Part shown: positions 9,187 to 20,039 of the stretch, in pieces
Layout: each line of letters begins with the position of its first letter
Numbering within the stretch: position 1 is the stretch's first letter
Assembly (NCBI GenBank): GCA_017881915.1
Contig: JADGQK010000006.1
Coordinates: 1-61,240, forward strand
DNA length: 61,240 bases
Source of the DNA: Chloroflexota bacterium
GTDB taxonomy: Bacteria > Chloroflexota > Limnocylindria > Limnocylindrales > CSP1-4
Reading direction: 5' to 3'
Position numbers and translations under genes: made by a program
Notes under the pieces: generated by a model
Told to the model about the DNA's origin: nothing
Database searches by the model: none
What the model saw: only the letters and a program-made list of their open reading frames with translations

Positions 9187-10218
9187 TCAGACCTCCTCGC
9201 GAGCCGGCGGCTCGTCGTATGATCGCGCTGGATTGGGACCCGTCCCGGTGGCCGCTCGGGTCGCGCCTCCGAGCAGGTTTCGAAGGCGATCGGTGAAGCC
9301 CGGCCGTTCGGGGATCGCGGCTGGCTCGACGTCGATGGTGGTGAACGCGCCCAGGGCACGATAGCGCCGATAGCGCGCCTCGACCAGCTCATCGAGCGGC
9401 CGGCGCTCAAGCGCGTCAAGGTGGCGCAGGACCGCGGCCTTGACCATGGCCGCCGTCGCCGGATGATCCGTGTGGGCGCCGTTGTGCGGTTCCGGAATCA
9501 CCTCGTCCACGACACCCAGCTGGAGCTGGTCCGCCGCCGTCATGCGCATCGCCAGGGCGGCCGCGGGCGCCTGGTCGGGCGTCCGCCACAGGATCGAGGC
9601 ACAGCCCTCCGGGCTGATCACCGAGTAGACCGCATTCTCCAGGGCGAGCACGACATCGCCGACGGCGATCGCCAAGGCGCCACCCGAGCCACCTTCGCCG
9701 GTGATCACGGTCACGATCGGGGTGCGCAGCCGGGTCATCAGCGCAATCGAGCGGGCAATCGCCTCGGCGATGCCGCGCTCCTCCGAATCGGCCCCGGGAT
9801 GGGCGCCGGGCACGTCGACGAACGTCACGATCGGCAATCCCAGCCGCTCGCCCAGCTCCATCACCCGCATGGCCTTGCGATAGCCCTCGGGGTGGGGCAT
9901 CCCGAAGTTGCGCCGAATGTTCTCGTCCGTCTCGGCGCCCTTCTGCTGGCCGACGACCACGACCCGTCGGCCGTCGATCCGGGCCAGTCCGGCGACGATC
10001 GCCGGGTCATCGCCGAAGAAGCGGTCGCCGTGCAGCTCGACGAAGTCGGCGGCGATCAGGGCCAGCAACTCCAGCGTGCGCGGGCGGTGGAGATTGCGAG
10101 CGAGCTGGACCCGCGCCCAGACGGCGGCCGTCGGGTCGGCTGGGGACTCCGGCTCGCGCGGAAGATCGGTCGCCGAACTCCCCCTGCGTCCGGTCCGGCC
10201 GATCAGGCGGTCAACCAC
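9187..10218 (-). CDS. accA: Acetyl-CoA carboxylase carboxyltransferase alpha subunit
   Basis: ELHGDR, RNFGMPHPEGYRKA, GEGGSGGALA, YSVISPEGCA. Confidence 0.95.
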   Translation of the reverse strand: MVDRLIGRTGRRGSSATDLPREPESPADPTAAVWARVQLARNLHRPRTLELLALIAADFVELHGDRFFGDDPAIVAGLARIDGRRVVVVGQQKGAETDENIRRNFGMPHPEGYRKAMRVMELGERLGLPIVTFVDVPGAHPGADSEERGIAEAIARSIALMTRLRTPIVTVITGEGGSGGALAIAVGDVVLALENAVYSVISPEGCASILWRTPDQAPAAALAMRMTAADQLQLGVVDEVIPEPHNGAHTDHPATAAMVKAAVLRHLDALERRPLDELVEARYRRYRALGAFTTIDVEPAAIPERPGFTDRLRNLLGGATRAATGTGPNPARSYDEPPAREEV

Positions 10219-11152
10219 GGTCCGCCTCGCCTGACTCGGGGATCACCCGTTCGGCCAGGGCGCTCAGGAACGACAGCGGCCGGAACGCCGGGATGTTGCC
10301 ATTGTCCGCGGACGCATCGGGCACCTCGGGAGCCATCAGGGCGACCAGCCGGATCAGCTCGTCGCGCAGGTCGGAGCGATGGACGACCCGGTCGACGAAG
10401 CCGTGGTTGAACAGGAACTCGGAGCGCTGGAAGCCCTCGGGCAGCTCGCCCTGGATCGTGCCGGCACTGACCCGTGCCCCGGCGAAGCCGATCAGCGCAT
10501 TCGGCTCGGCCAGGTTGACGTCGCCGAGCGCGGCAAATGAGGCGAAGACGCCGCCCGTCGTGGGGTCGCTCATCACCGAGATCAGGGGCACGCCGGCGAG
10601 GCGCAGCCGTTCGGTCGCGGCGACCGTCTTGACCAGCTGCATGAGCGAAAGCGTGCCTTCCTGCATCCGGGCTCCACCAGAGGCCGACACGATGACGAGT
10701 GGGACGCGCCGATCAAGTGCCGCTTCGGCCGAGCGGGCGACCTTCTCGCCGACGACGCTGCCCATCGAGCCGCCCATGAACGAGAAGTCCATGACGCAGA
10801 TGACGACCTGCCGGCCACCGATCGAGCCGAGGCCCCAAACCGCCGCGTCGCGCAATCCGGTCGTCGCCTGGGCGGCCGCGACCCGATCGGGATACGCCTT
10901 GAGGTCGACGAAGCCGAGCGGATCGAGCGACTGGAGGCCCGGGTCCTGCTCCACGAAGCTGTCCGGGTCGAGCAGCAGGTTGAGCCGGACCGGGGCAGAC
11001 AACCGGAAGTGGTGGCCGCAATTCGAGCACACCCGGAGGGCCTTCTCGAGCTGCTTGTTGAAGAGCATCTCCTGGCACGCCGGGCACTGGGTCCACAGGT
11101 CGGATGGGTAGGTGTCTCGACGTTGGCGAAACGAAGGGAGCTTGATCGGCAT
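10211..11152 (-). CDS. accD: Acetyl-CoA carboxylase carboxyltransferase beta subunit
   Basis: C4 zinc finger, GGSMGSVVGEK, SGGARMQEG, PTTGGV. Confidence 0.95.
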   Translation of the reverse strand: MPIKLPSFRQRRDTYPSDLWTQCPACQEMLFNKQLEKALRVCSNCGHHFRLSAPVRLNLLLDPDSFVEQDPGLQSLDPLGFVDLKAYPDRVAAAQATTGLRDAAVWGLGSIGGRQVVICVMDFSFMGGSMGSVVGEKVARSAEAALDRRVPLVIVSASGGARMQEGTLSLMQLVKTVAATERLRLAGVPLISVMSDPTTGGVFASFAALGDVNLAEPNALIGFAGARVSAGTIQGELPEGFQRSEFLFNHGFVDRVVHRSDLRDELIRLVALMAPEVPDASADNGNIPAFRPLSFLSALAERVIPESGEADRG

Positions 11153-11685
11153 CAGGCAAGACCACCCTGGTGGCCGGCCCGTCCATGGGCGGCCCGGATC
11201 GCCCGGACCATGGGATGGACCGGCCGGCTCAGGCGCCAGGCGACGAGCGCCGCACCGGCCAGTGAGATCGCGGCTGAGGTCAGGGCCCCGCCGATCAGCA
11301 GTGGCCGGGCGCGGATCCCGAAGGGATCGTCGTCGTCGATGAGGCGGACGGGATCGAGCAGATCGACCGGGTCGAACGCACCAGTGCGAGTCGCGACCGG
11401 CGGTTGGGGAATCCTCAACCCAGCCCCGGCAGCGGCCGGCAGCCGCAGGGCATCGCCGGCATCGGCCAGTCGGCGGGCGAGACGCTCCTCGAAGCGGAAC
11501 GACGGGTGGACCCGAACGAGATGGGACGATAGCCGCTCCGCGGTCGCGCGAAGCTCGGCGTCGAGTCGCGGATCGTGCAGCACGGCCACGGCGCCCCGTT
11601 CGCGGGCAACGAGGATCGATTCGAGATAGCGATCGACCCGGAGTGCCTCGACCTCGGGCTCGCCGCGATCGGCCTCGAGGGTCAC
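11152..11685 (-). CDS. Hypothetical single-pass membrane protein, probable anti-sigma factor
   Basis: Overlaps the ECF sigma stop; PSFRFEERLARRL helix and C-terminal hydrophobic segment. Confidence 0.55.
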   Translation of the reverse strand: MTLEADRGEPEVEALRVDRYLESILVARERGAVAVLHDPRLDAELRATAERLSSHLVRVHPSFRFEERLARRLADAGDALRLPAAAGAGLRIPQPPVATRTGAFDPVDLLDPVRLIDDDDPFGIRARPLLIGGALTSAAISLAGAALVAWRLSRPVHPMVRAIRAAHGRAGHQGGLA

Positions 11686-12302
11686 CAGCGTCGGCCGCCG
11701 AGGTCCCGGGCGACAGCGCGCAAGCCGCGGTGGATCAGGACCCGCACGGCGCCCTCCGAGCGGCCCAGGACGCCGGCGATCTCGGCCGTGGACATCTCCT
11801 CGACGAAGCGCAGGACGAGGGCCCGCCGTCGCTCGGGCGGCAGCCTCCCGACGGCGGCCCAGGCCGCGCCGGCCTCCTGGCGGCGGCTGACGTCGCCCTC
11901 CAGGTCGAGCGGATCGGCCACGATCGCAGCGTAGTCGAGCGGTGCGACAGGGTGGCGCCGCCGGCCGCGCTGGATATTGGCCACGACGTTGCGGGCGATC
12001 CGGAAGAGCCAGACCCGGAACGTCGAGGCGCCTTCGCCATCGACCGGCCGGGCCCGCTCCTCGAAGCGCGACAGGGCGCCGAGGGCGAGCAGGAACGTCC
12101 GCTCAGCGGCATCCTCGGCGTCGTGATGGCTGCCGAGCTCGTAGTAGGCGTAGCTGTACACCTGGGCCAGGTACTTCCGATAGAGGGCGTCGAACGCCGC
12201 CGGGTCGCGCAGGGCGGCCTCGACGAGGGCTCGATCGCGATCGAGATGGACGAGGCGGTGTTCCTCCTCCGCCTTCACTCTCCTGAACACCGGACGGGCC
12301 AC
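11682..12302 (-). CDS. ECF RNA polymerase sigma factor
   Basis: DAEDAAERTF, FRVWLFRIARN (region 2); EIAGVLGRSEGAVRVLIHRG (region 4). Confidence 0.92.
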   Translation of the reverse strand: MARPVFRRVKAEEEHRLVHLDRDRALVEAALRDPAAFDALYRKYLAQVYSYAYYELGSHHDAEDAAERTFLLALGALSRFEERARPVDGEGASTFRVWLFRIARNVVANIQRGRRRHPVAPLDYAAIVADPLDLEGDVSRRQEAGAAWAAVGRLPPERRRALVLRFVEEMSTAEIAGVLGRSEGAVRVLIHRGLRAVARDLGGRRW

Positions 12303-12306
12303 TGCG

Positions 12307-13239
12307 TTACACCCCGGCCGCGGGCACGTGCGGGCTCGCCGCCAGCCTGACGTGGCGGATCTCGCCGGTCAGGATCGTCCGTTCGCCGCCAGGCGCGGCA
12401 CGATCCTCGATCACGAGGCCGCCCGATCCTGCATCGACCCCGAGGGCGCGCGTGTCAAGCGACGTGCCGTCGGGCAGCTCGACCCGGATCGGCCGGCCGC
12501 TGGTGAGCTGGCGGCCGACCCAGTCGGCGATGTCGAAGTGGCCGCCGCGCAGGGCGATCGTACGTGCCTCAACCCGGTCGATGAACGCGGCGAACAGCGC
12601 CGGGAGGTCGATCGGCCGGCCGTTCGAGGCTACCTGCAGGCTGGTCATCGAGCCGGCCAGCTCGGCCGGGAAGTCGACTGCCGCCCAGTCGCCGTTCAGG
12701 CCGAGGCCGATGATCACCCGCGGGTCCGCCGTTCCAAGCCCGATCGTCTCGCCCAGGACACCGCCCAGCTTACGCACGTCCGACGGCTCGTCGAGGAGCC
12801 GGCCGGCGGCGGCGCCCGTGGCGTTGGCCAGGCGGACGCCGGTCGGGCCGGTCGTTTCGATCACGAGGTCGTTCGGCCACTTCAGCCGGATCGCCCGATC
12901 CGGCAGGCCGGCGACCTCCTCCGCGGCGTCGGCCATCGCCAGCGAGACGATCGCGGCCAGGCGCCAGGCCTTGTCGGGCTCGAGCCAGGTCGGCCGAAAC
13001 CCGATCGAGCAGAGCAACCCTGCGCCGCGCGGCGCCAGCCAGGTCCGCCCGTTGCGGCCGCGGCCGGCGGTCTGCTCATCCGCGACGGCCAGGCAGACCT
13101 CGGGCGTGCCCTCGGCCAGCCAGGCTCGGACGACGTCATTCGTCGAAGCTACGCTCGGGAAGCGCTGCTGGCGGCTGGTGAACGGAACGTCCCCGGCCGG
13201 CCTGGCAGCCGTCGTCGGCTGCGTCTCGACGTTGCTCAA
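12307..13239 (-). CDS. birA: Biotin--[acetyl-CoA carboxylase] ligase (no N-terminal HTH)
   Basis: [28 protein letters not shown]. Confidence 0.92.
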   Translation of the reverse strand: MSNVETQPTTAARPAGDVPFTSRQQRFPSVASTNDVVRAWLAEGTPEVCLAVADEQTAGRGRNGRTWLAPRGAGLLCSIGFRPTWLEPDKAWRLAAIVSLAMADAAEEVAGLPDRAIRLKWPNDLVIETTGPTGVRLANATGAAAGRLLDEPSDVRKLGGVLGETIGLGTADPRVIIGLGLNGDWAAVDFPAELAGSMTSLQVASNGRPIDLPALFAAFIDRVEARTIALRGGHFDIADWVGRQLTSGRPIRVELPDGTSLDTRALGVDAGSGGLVIEDRAAPGGERTILTGEIRHVRLAASPHVPAAGV

Positions 13240-14582
13240 GCCGCGCCGGACGTCGGCGCGCCGCCGGCCGGCTGGGCGGCGGCATCCGCCTCGATCACTT
13301 CCGGTCGCTCCAGGGCGAAGGCGGCGTGAAGCGCCCGGACGGCGGTCTCGACCTGGTCCTCGGCGATGATGCAGGTGATGCGCACCTCGCTCGTCGAGAT
13401 CATCTCGATGTTGACCTGGGCGTCGGCCAGCGCCCCGAACATCCGGGCGGCGTAGCCGGGCGCGTTGTGGATGCCGGCGCCGACGATCGACACCTTGGCC
13501 ACGGCCGAGTCGGCAGTCATCTCGCGGAAGCCCACCTCGCGGATGATTGGCTCCAGGATCCGCTTTGCCCGGGCCAGCTCGAACGAGGCGATCGTGAAGC
13601 TCATGTCGGTCGAGCCGCCGTGGCCGACGTTCTGGACGATCATGTCGACGTTGATTCCGGCGTCGGCCAGCGGCGCGAAGATCTGGTGGGCGACACCGGG
13701 CCGGTCCGGAACGGCGACCAGGGTGATCTTGGCCACGTTCCGGTCGTGGGCCAGGCCGCGAACCTTGTTGCGCTGCTCCACGAACGGATCCTCCTTGATC
13801 AGGGTCCCCGGGGCATCCTCGAACGAGCTGAGGACCTCGATGACGACCTCATTGACCCAACCCAGCTCCACGGCTCGAACCTGCATCACCTGGGCGCCCT
13901 GGTGAGCGAGCTCGAGCATTTCCTCGTAGCCGATCAGGGGCAGCTGCCGGGCATCGGGCACGATCCGGGGGTCGGCGGTGTAGATCCCGCGGACATCGGT
14001 GAACACCTGGCAGCGGTTCGCCCCGAGCCGCGCCGCCAGGGCGACGGCGGTCGTATCCGAGCCGCCCCGGCCGAGCGTCGTCGTCTCGGCTCGCTCGGGG
14101 TCGGTCTGGCTGACGCCCTGGAAGCCCGCTACGATCACCACCCGCCCATTAGCCAGCTCCTGGTGGACCCGGCGGGGGTCGACGTTGGCGATCCGGGCGC
14201 GACCATGGCGGCCATCGGTGGTGATCCCGGCCTGGGCCCCGGTCAGGCTGATCGCGGGGACGCCGAGTGCCTGGAGCGCCATCGAGACGAGGGTCGCGCT
14301 CTGGTGCTCGCCGGTCGCCAGGAGCATGTCGAGCTCGCGCGAATCGGGCTCATCGGTAATTGCGGCGGCGAGCGCCAGCAACTCATCGGTGGTGTCGCCC
14401 ATCGCCGAGACGACCACGACGAGGTCGGACCCGGCCGCTCGCTCGCGGGCGATCCGCCGGGCGACGCGCCGAATCCGGTCAGCGTCGCCGACCGACGACC
14501 CGCCGAACTTCTGGACGACGAGAGGGCGTGCAGCAGCCGGGGCGGACGGCTCGGACGTGGGCTCGGAGCTGGGTGCGAACAT
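13236..14582 (-). CDS. lysC: Aspartate kinase
   Basis: [22 protein letters not shown], two ACT domains; ATG at 14582. Confidence 0.95.
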   Translation of the reverse strand: MFAPSSEPTSEPSAPAAARPLVVQKFGGSSVGDADRIRRVARRIARERAAGSDLVVVVSAMGDTTDELLALAAAITDEPDSRELDMLLATGEHQSATLVSMALQALGVPAISLTGAQAGITTDGRHGRARIANVDPRRVHQELANGRVVIVAGFQGVSQTDPERAETTTLGRGGSDTTAVALAARLGANRCQVFTDVRGIYTADPRIVPDARQLPLIGYEEMLELAHQGAQVMQVRAVELGWVNEVVIEVLSSFEDAPGTLIKEDPFVEQRNKVRGLAHDRNVAKITLVAVPDRPGVAHQIFAPLADAGINVDMIVQNVGHGGSTDMSFTIASFELARAKRILEPIIREVGFREMTADSAVAKVSIVGAGIHNAPGYAARMFGALADAQVNIEMISTSEVRITCIIAEDQVETAVRALHAAFALERPEVIEADAAAQPAGGAPTSGAA

Positions 14583-14667
14583 CCGGCCGATTCTAGCAGC
14601 GAGATCGGGAGCGTCCCCGACGACGCGCCGCGCTACCCTTCGGAAGCCCAGACATGGAGGCCCGTTC

Positions 14668-15432
14668 ATGTGTTTCGATCTCGACAGCCAGCCGCCGATC
14701 GCGCCGATCGCCGGGGGCGCGCTCGACCACGCGGACCTGACCCTGCGAGCCGCCGACGGCAACGAGTTCGCCGCGTTTCGGACGCGAGCCAGCCAGCCGA
14801 CCGGGGCCGGCGTGGTGATCCTGCCCGACGTGCGCGGCCTCTATGCGTTCTACGAGGAGCTCGCCTTGCGCTTCGCCGAGGCGGGCATCGACGCCCTGGC
14901 GATCGACTACTTCGGGCGGACCGCCGGGGTCGCGAAGCGTAATGCGGACTTCAGCTATATGGAGCACGTCCAGCAGACCAAGCTGCCCGAGCTGCGGGCC
15001 GACGTGACCGCCGCGGCCGAAGAGCTGCGCAGCGATGGCCGGGTCAAGGCGACGTTCACGATCGGCTTCTGCTTCGGCGGACGGCTGTCGTACAGCAGCG
15101 CGACCTTCGGGCTCGACCTGGCCGGATCGATCGCCTTCTACGGCATGCCCGTCGGCGACCGGCCCGGCTACCCGGCCCCGGCGACCGTCGCCCCGGCAAT
15201 GGCCAACCCGATCCTGGGGCTGTTTGGCGCTGCCGACCAGGCGATCTCACCGGAGGCGATCGCCGAGTTCGAAGCGGCCCTCCACGCTGCCGGCGTCCAG
15301 CACGACCTGGTCTCCTACCCCGGCGCCCCGCACAGTTTCTTCGACCGCAAGGCCGCCGACTTCGCCGACGCGGCCGCCGATTCGTGGACCCGCAGCCTGG
15401 CCTTCATCGCGGCCCATACCCCACCTGGCTGA
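14668..15432 (+). CDS. Dienelactone hydrolase family protein
   Basis: GFCFGG nucleophile motif, YPGAPHSF; GGAGG RBS before ATG 14668. Confidence 0.9.
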   Translation: MCFDLDSQPPIAPIAGGALDHADLTLRAADGNEFAAFRTRASQPTGAGVVILPDVRGLYAFYEELALRFAEAGIDALAIDYFGRTAGVAKRNADFSYMEHVQQTKLPELRADVTAAAEELRSDGRVKATFTIGFCFGGRLSYSSATFGLDLAGSIAFYGMPVGDRPGYPAPATVAPAMANPILGLFGAADQAISPEAIAEFEAALHAAGVQHDLVSYPGAPHSFFDRKAADFADAAADSWTRSLAFIAAHTPPG

Positions 15433-15448
15433 GCAGGCTGACACCTCC

Positions 15449-16405
15449 ATGACCGTGGCTGGCGCGGGCGGCGGCTGGTCGTCGCGGCCGTACGAGACAC
15501 CGGCCGATCTGCGCCTGATGCAGGCGCTGTGCTCGACCTGCTGGCGCGCGGATTGGCCCGCCCCGCTCGCCCATCCGGGCGACCTCGACTGGTGGTCGCG
15601 CGACGCGGGCGACGGTGGGCTGGCCCTCTCGGAGCGAATCCAGCTGTGGTTCGCGGGCGAGGCCGACGCCTCGGACCTGATCGCCTGGGCCTGGTTCAAC
15701 CTGCCCAGTGACCTCGACCTGATGATTCGGCCCGACCGGCGCGGCCCGGAGCTGGTCCGCTCGATCGTCGAATGGGCGACGGCCCGGGCCGCCTCGGTCG
15801 TCAACGACGGCCTGCCCGTCGAGGCGGTCCAGGCCTTTGCGCCCGATTCGCAGCCGGCGGTGGTGGCCGGCCTGCGCGAGCTCCAGTTCGAGCCGGTCGA
15901 GGGCCGCACCCTGGCCCACTTCACCCGCCGATTCGACGGCTGGCAGCTTCCGGAGATCAGCCTGCCGGCCGGGTTCACACTTCGGACGCTGGCCTCGGCC
16001 GCCGACGTCGAGGCCCGGGTCACCTGCGGTCGAGCCGCCTTTCCAGCGTCGCGGATGACCGTCGAGAAGTACGAGGCCGCGCGCCGGACGACGCTCTATC
16101 GGCCGGCCCTCGACTGGTTGCTGATCGCCCCGGACGGCGGGGTGGCGGCCTTCGCGCTGGGCTGGCTCGACCCGGTCACCCTGGCGGTCGAGCTCGAGCC
16201 GGTCGGCGTCCATCCGGACTTCCAGCGACAGGGCTTCGGGCGAGCTGTCTGTCTCGCCGCGATCCGCGCCGCCCGCTCGATGGGCGCGAGCCAGGGCCTG
16301 ATCTGCGCCGAGGGCAACAATCCCGCTGCGCTGGGGCTGTACGCCAGCCTCGGCTACGAGATCGCGACCTGGACCCGGCCCTATCGGCGGCCACTGCGCG
16401 CCTGA
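15449..16405 (+). CDS. GNAT family N-acetyltransferase
   Basis: VGVHPDFQRQGFGR motif A; NPAALGLYASLGY. Confidence 0.85.
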   Translation: MTVAGAGGGWSSRPYETPADLRLMQALCSTCWRADWPAPLAHPGDLDWWSRDAGDGGLALSERIQLWFAGEADASDLIAWAWFNLPSDLDLMIRPDRRGPELVRSIVEWATARAASVVNDGLPVEAVQAFAPDSQPAVVAGLRELQFEPVEGRTLAHFTRRFDGWQLPEISLPAGFTLRTLASAADVEARVTCGRAAFPASRMTVEKYEAARRTTLYRPALDWLLIAPDGGVAAFALGWLDPVTLAVELEPVGVHPDFQRQGFGRAVCLAAIRAARSMGASQGLICAEGNNPAALGLYASLGYEIATWTRPYRRPLRA

Positions 16406-16424
16406 CCCACGCGGGCCGGCGGGC

Positions 16425-16616
16425 TCAGTGCCGGATCAAGCTGACGAAGACCAGCGCCAACACCACGAAGGCGACGATCGCTACGATCGGGAAACCGTCC
16501 GGCATGGCCCGGCTGGTGTTGTCGATGATCGAGCGGATCGTGCCCGAGATCGAGTGCACGGCGCCCCCGACGACGCTGCCAATCCCGTTGCCGAGGGACT
16601 GGAGCAGGCCGCCCAT
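16425..16616 (-). CDS. Small membrane protein
   Basis: Coupled to the thrB stop; 63 aa with C-terminal hydrophobic helix. Confidence 0.6.
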   Translation of the reverse strand: MGGLLQSLGNGIGSVVGGAVHSISGTIRSIIDNTSRAMPDGFPIVAIVAFVVLALVFVSLIRH

Positions 16617-17578
16617 CAGGCGTTCGCGACGACCCGCGCGCCGGCGTTCCGGGGCGCGGCGATCGCCACCCGGCCTGGAACGTCGAGGTCGGCCGCCACA
16701 GCGCTGAAAGCGCCCTCGATCCGGCTCAGCGTCGCGAGGCCGTCGGAGAAGGCGATCACCGACGAGCCGGCCCCGGACAGGCAGGCGCCGACGGCGCCGG
16801 CGTCGCGGGCGGCCTGGATCAGCGCCGGGAACTGGGGATAGGCGGCGGCCCGGTACGGCTCGTGGAGCCGGTCGTGGGTCAGGGCGTCGAGGTGCTCGTA
16901 CGTGCCCGACGCGATCCCGGCCACGCCGATCGCGACCCGGCCCAGGTTCGCGATGGCGTCCTCCAGTGGCACCGTCTCCGGCAGGACCTCGCGCATCGTG
17001 GCCGTCGACAGGCGCAGCTCGGGGATGAACAGGACCACCTTCAGGTCACGTGGGACGTCGAACCGGATCGCGGTCGGTGGACTGGCCGAACAGTCGACGA
17101 CCACGAAACCGCCGTGCAGGGCGGCCGCGGCGTTGTCTGGATGACCCTCGATGCCGGTCGCCAGCCGGAGCAGGTCGCCCGGACTGAGCGGCCCGCCGAG
17201 CAACGCGTTGCCGGCCAGCAGGCCGCCGATCGTCGCGGCCGCCGACGAGCCGAGGCCGCGGCTGAGCGGGATCCGGTTGTGCATCGAGATCCGCCAGCCG
17301 ATCCGGTCGGGCAGCTCGCCGCGGACCGCGACGAGGGCGGCCTCGAGACCCTGGACAAAGCGGTTCTGCTTGTCGTCGGCCAGCTCGTTGGCGCCCTCGC
17401 CGTCGATCTCGAGCTCAATCGCACCGGGGCTCCAGCCGCGGACCTCGAGGTCGATCCGGTCGACCAGGTCGAGGGCCAGGGCGACGCAGTCAAAGCCCGC
17501 CCCGAGGTTGGCGGACGACGCCGGAACCTCGACCGTGACCCGCCGCCCATCGAGCTCCGCCAGCCAGTTCGTCACCAT
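16616..17578 (-). CDS. thrB: Homoserine kinase
   Basis: PASSANLGAGFD, RGLGSSAA, EGHPDN, SGAGS. Confidence 0.95.
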   Translation of the reverse strand: MVTNWLAELDGRRVTVEVPASSANLGAGFDCVALALDLVDRIDLEVRGWSPGAIELEIDGEGANELADDKQNRFVQGLEAALVAVRGELPDRIGWRISMHNRIPLSRGLGSSAAATIGGLLAGNALLGGPLSPGDLLRLATGIEGHPDNAAAALHGGFVVVDCSASPPTAIRFDVPRDLKVVLFIPELRLSTATMREVLPETVPLEDAIANLGRVAIGVAGIASGTYEHLDALTHDRLHEPYRAAAYPQFPALIQAARDAGAVGACLSGAGSSVIAFSDGLATLSRIEGAFSAVAADLDVPGRVAIAAPRNAGARVVANA

Positions 17579-17582
17579 CGCC

Positions 17583-18668
17583 TCACCATCCCAGGATCGC
17601 AGTCACGGCCGCGGCAGTCGGCTCCGCGACAAGCAGTTCGCCCACGCTCGCCGCAGCGGTCGTTGGGTCCTTCAGGCCGGAACCGGTCAGGACGCAGACA
17701 GTTGTCGCGTCGCGCTCCAGCCGGCCCTCGTTTGACAATCGGCGAATGCCGGCCAGGCTCGCCGCCGAGGAAGGCTCGCAGAAGATGCCCTCGAGCCGGG
17801 CGAGGTCCCGCCAGGCCGCCAGGATCTCGTCGTCGCTGACCGCCTCGATCAGGCCATCCGATTCGTCGCGCGCGGCGGTCGCCTTCGTCCAGCTCGCCGG
17901 GTCACCGATCCGGATCGCGCTGGCGATCGTCTCGGGCGCCTCGACCCGGTGACCCAGGACAATCGGGGCGGCACCCGCGGCCTGGAAACCGAACATCCGG
18001 GGGAGTCCGGCACTCAACCCGGCCGCCTGATAGTCCCGGAACCCGGCCCAGTAGGCGCTGATGTTGCCGGCATTGCCGACCGGGATCGCCAGGATCTCGG
18101 GCGCTCGACCGAGATCGTCGCAGACCTCGAAGGCGGCGGTCTTCTGGCCCTCGAGCCGGAACGGATTGACCGAGTTCACGAGGGTGATCGGGTGGCTGGC
18201 CGATTCGGCCAGCTCGCGGACGACCCGCAGGGCCAGGTCGAAGTTGCCCTCGACCGCGACCACCCGGGCGCCGGTCACCTGGGCCTGGAGGAGCTTGCCG
18301 GCGGCGATCTGGCCGCGCGGCAGGACGACGACCACCTCGAGGCCGGCTGCCGCGCCGTAGGCCGCGGCCGACGCCGAGGTGTTGCCGGTCGAGGCGCAGA
18401 TCAGCGCCCGGGCGCCTGCTTCGAGCGCCTTGCTGACGGCCACGACCATGCCCCGGTCCTTGAAGCTGCCGGTCGGGTTCTGGCCTTCGACCTTGGCGTA
18501 CAGGTTGGCAAGACCGAGGTCCTGGCCGATCCGGCCGAGGCGCACGAGCGGGGTGAAGCCTTCGCCCAGGGTGAGCACCGGCGTCGAATCGGTCAGCGGC
18601 AGGAATTCGCGATAGCGTTCGGTGAGGCGGGGACGGCCGCGACCCAGTTGGGCTGCCGGCATGTTCAC
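17583..18668 (-). CDS. thrC: Threonine synthase
   Basis: NPTGSFKDRG, ASTGNTSAS, PVGNAGN. Confidence 0.95.
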   Translation of the reverse strand: MNMPAAQLGRGRPRLTERYREFLPLTDSTPVLTLGEGFTPLVRLGRIGQDLGLANLYAKVEGQNPTGSFKDRGMVVAVSKALEAGARALICASTGNTSASAAAYGAAAGLEVVVVLPRGQIAAGKLLQAQVTGARVVAVEGNFDLALRVVRELAESASHPITLVNSVNPFRLEGQKTAAFEVCDDLGRAPEILAIPVGNAGNISAYWAGFRDYQAAGLSAGLPRMFGFQAAGAAPIVLGHRVEAPETIASAIRIGDPASWTKATAARDESDGLIEAVSDDEILAAWRDLARLEGIFCEPSSAASLAGIRRLSNEGRLERDATTVCVLTGSGLKDPTTAAASVGELLVAEPTAAAVTAILGW

Positions 18669-19939
18669 GCGGCGTCCTCGATCGGGTAGAGCGTCGCCTG
18701 GACGCCCAGCGCGACCAGCCCGGAGCGCAGGTCGTCGAGCGACTGGGCCACCGTGACGAAGCCGTCGGCCGCCGCGGCTTCGAGGTCGAGCTGGTCGCGG
18801 ATCAGCTGGTCCGGCAGGACCGACTGGAAGAACCAGCGTCGTGCCTGCCCGTCATCGGGGAGGCTCGCGTCGGAGGGCTGCTCGGCCGCCGGCGGCAGGC
18901 CCGCCCAGGTGCTGCGGCCGCCGCGGGCGATCGCGATCAGGTCGCCCAGGATCGCGCTGCCGGTCGGGCCGCCACCGGCCCCCGGCCCATTCAGCTCGAG
19001 CCGGCCGAATGGTTCGGCGTCGACCTCGATCCGGTTGACCACGCCACCCGTCCGGCCGAAGCCCGAATCAGCTGGCACGGCGACGGGCTGGACGGACCCC
19101 TCGATCCCCTCAGCCCCGATCCCCTGGGCGCGCCGCCCGTCGACGATCAACTTGAGGCGCAGGCCGTGGACCGCGGCGGCGGCGACCTCCTCCGCGGTCA
19201 CCCCGGTGATTCCCGGCAGTCCCAGCCCGTTGGTCGTCGCCGGACGGCGTTCGATCGAGGCCGGCCGGAGCCACTGTCCGAACGCCAGGCGGACGAGGAT
19301 GACCAGCTTGTTGAGGGCATCGTCGCCCTCGACATCACCGGCCGGGTCCGCCTCCGCGTAGCCCGCCCGTTGAGCGTCGAGGAGGGCGGCGTCGTAGGCC
19401 CGCTTGCGGTCGGTCATCGCGCTCAGGATGTAGTTCGTCGTGCCGTTGACGATGCCCCGGACACGCTCCACCCGGTTCGAGGCGAGGTCCGCCGCGATCA
19501 CGTCGAGGATCGGGATCCCGGCCGCGACCGCGGCCTCGAAACGGAGCGCTGTTCCAGTCGAGCGAGCCAGCGCCTCGAGCGCCGGGCCATGGTGGGCGAT
19601 CACGTGCTTGTTCGCCGTCACGACCGGCTTGCCGGCTGCGAGCGCGGCCGCGATCAGTGTTCGGGCCGGCTCGTCCCCGCCGATCAGCTCCACGATCAGG
19701 TCAACCTCGGGCGAGGCGACGAGGTGGGCCGGAGCGTCGGTCAGGAGCGCCTCGGGGATCCCGGCGGCGGCGGCTTTCGCCGTGTCGCGGACGGCCACGC
19801 CGGCGAGGACCAGGCGCGCGCCGTCGAATGGCGCGAGCCGCTCGGGGGCCTCGAGGAGCGCCCGCGCGACGGCGCCGCCGACGGTGCCGGCGCCGAGCAG
19901 GCCGACACGCAGGGGCGAACGGGGCGATGGGCCGGGCAT
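18665..19939 (-). CDS. hom: Homoserine dehydrogenase
   Basis: GAGTVG, VTANK, FEAAVAAGIP, NGTTNYIL, GPGAG; ATG at 19939. Confidence 0.92.
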   Translation of the reverse strand: MPGPSPRSPLRVGLLGAGTVGGAVARALLEAPERLAPFDGARLVLAGVAVRDTAKAAAAGIPEALLTDAPAHLVASPEVDLIVELIGGDEPARTLIAAALAAGKPVVTANKHVIAHHGPALEALARSTGTALRFEAAVAAGIPILDVIAADLASNRVERVRGIVNGTTNYILSAMTDRKRAYDAALLDAQRAGYAEADPAGDVEGDDALNKLVILVRLAFGQWLRPASIERRPATTNGLGLPGITGVTAEEVAAAAVHGLRLKLIVDGRRAQGIGAEGIEGSVQPVAVPADSGFGRTGGVVNRIEVDAEPFGRLELNGPGAGGGPTGSAILGDLIAIARGGRSTWAGLPPAAEQPSDASLPDDGQARRWFFQSVLPDQLIRDQLDLEAAAADGFVTVAQSLDDLRSGLVALGVQATLYPIEDAA

Positions 19940-20039
19940 GGCCAAATGGTAGCCGACGCCCAAGCCCGGCCGTTGGGCCGGCGGCCCGGGTGTCACCTCG
20001 GCGGCACCGCGGGTCGAGCGGCCGTTACACTCGGTGGCA

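Noticed and set aside
2193-11152. Secondary-metabolite type II PKS cluster
   Set aside because: Canonical FabF/FabH/FabG/FabZ/Acc genes; no chain-length factor, cyclase or dedicated ACP.
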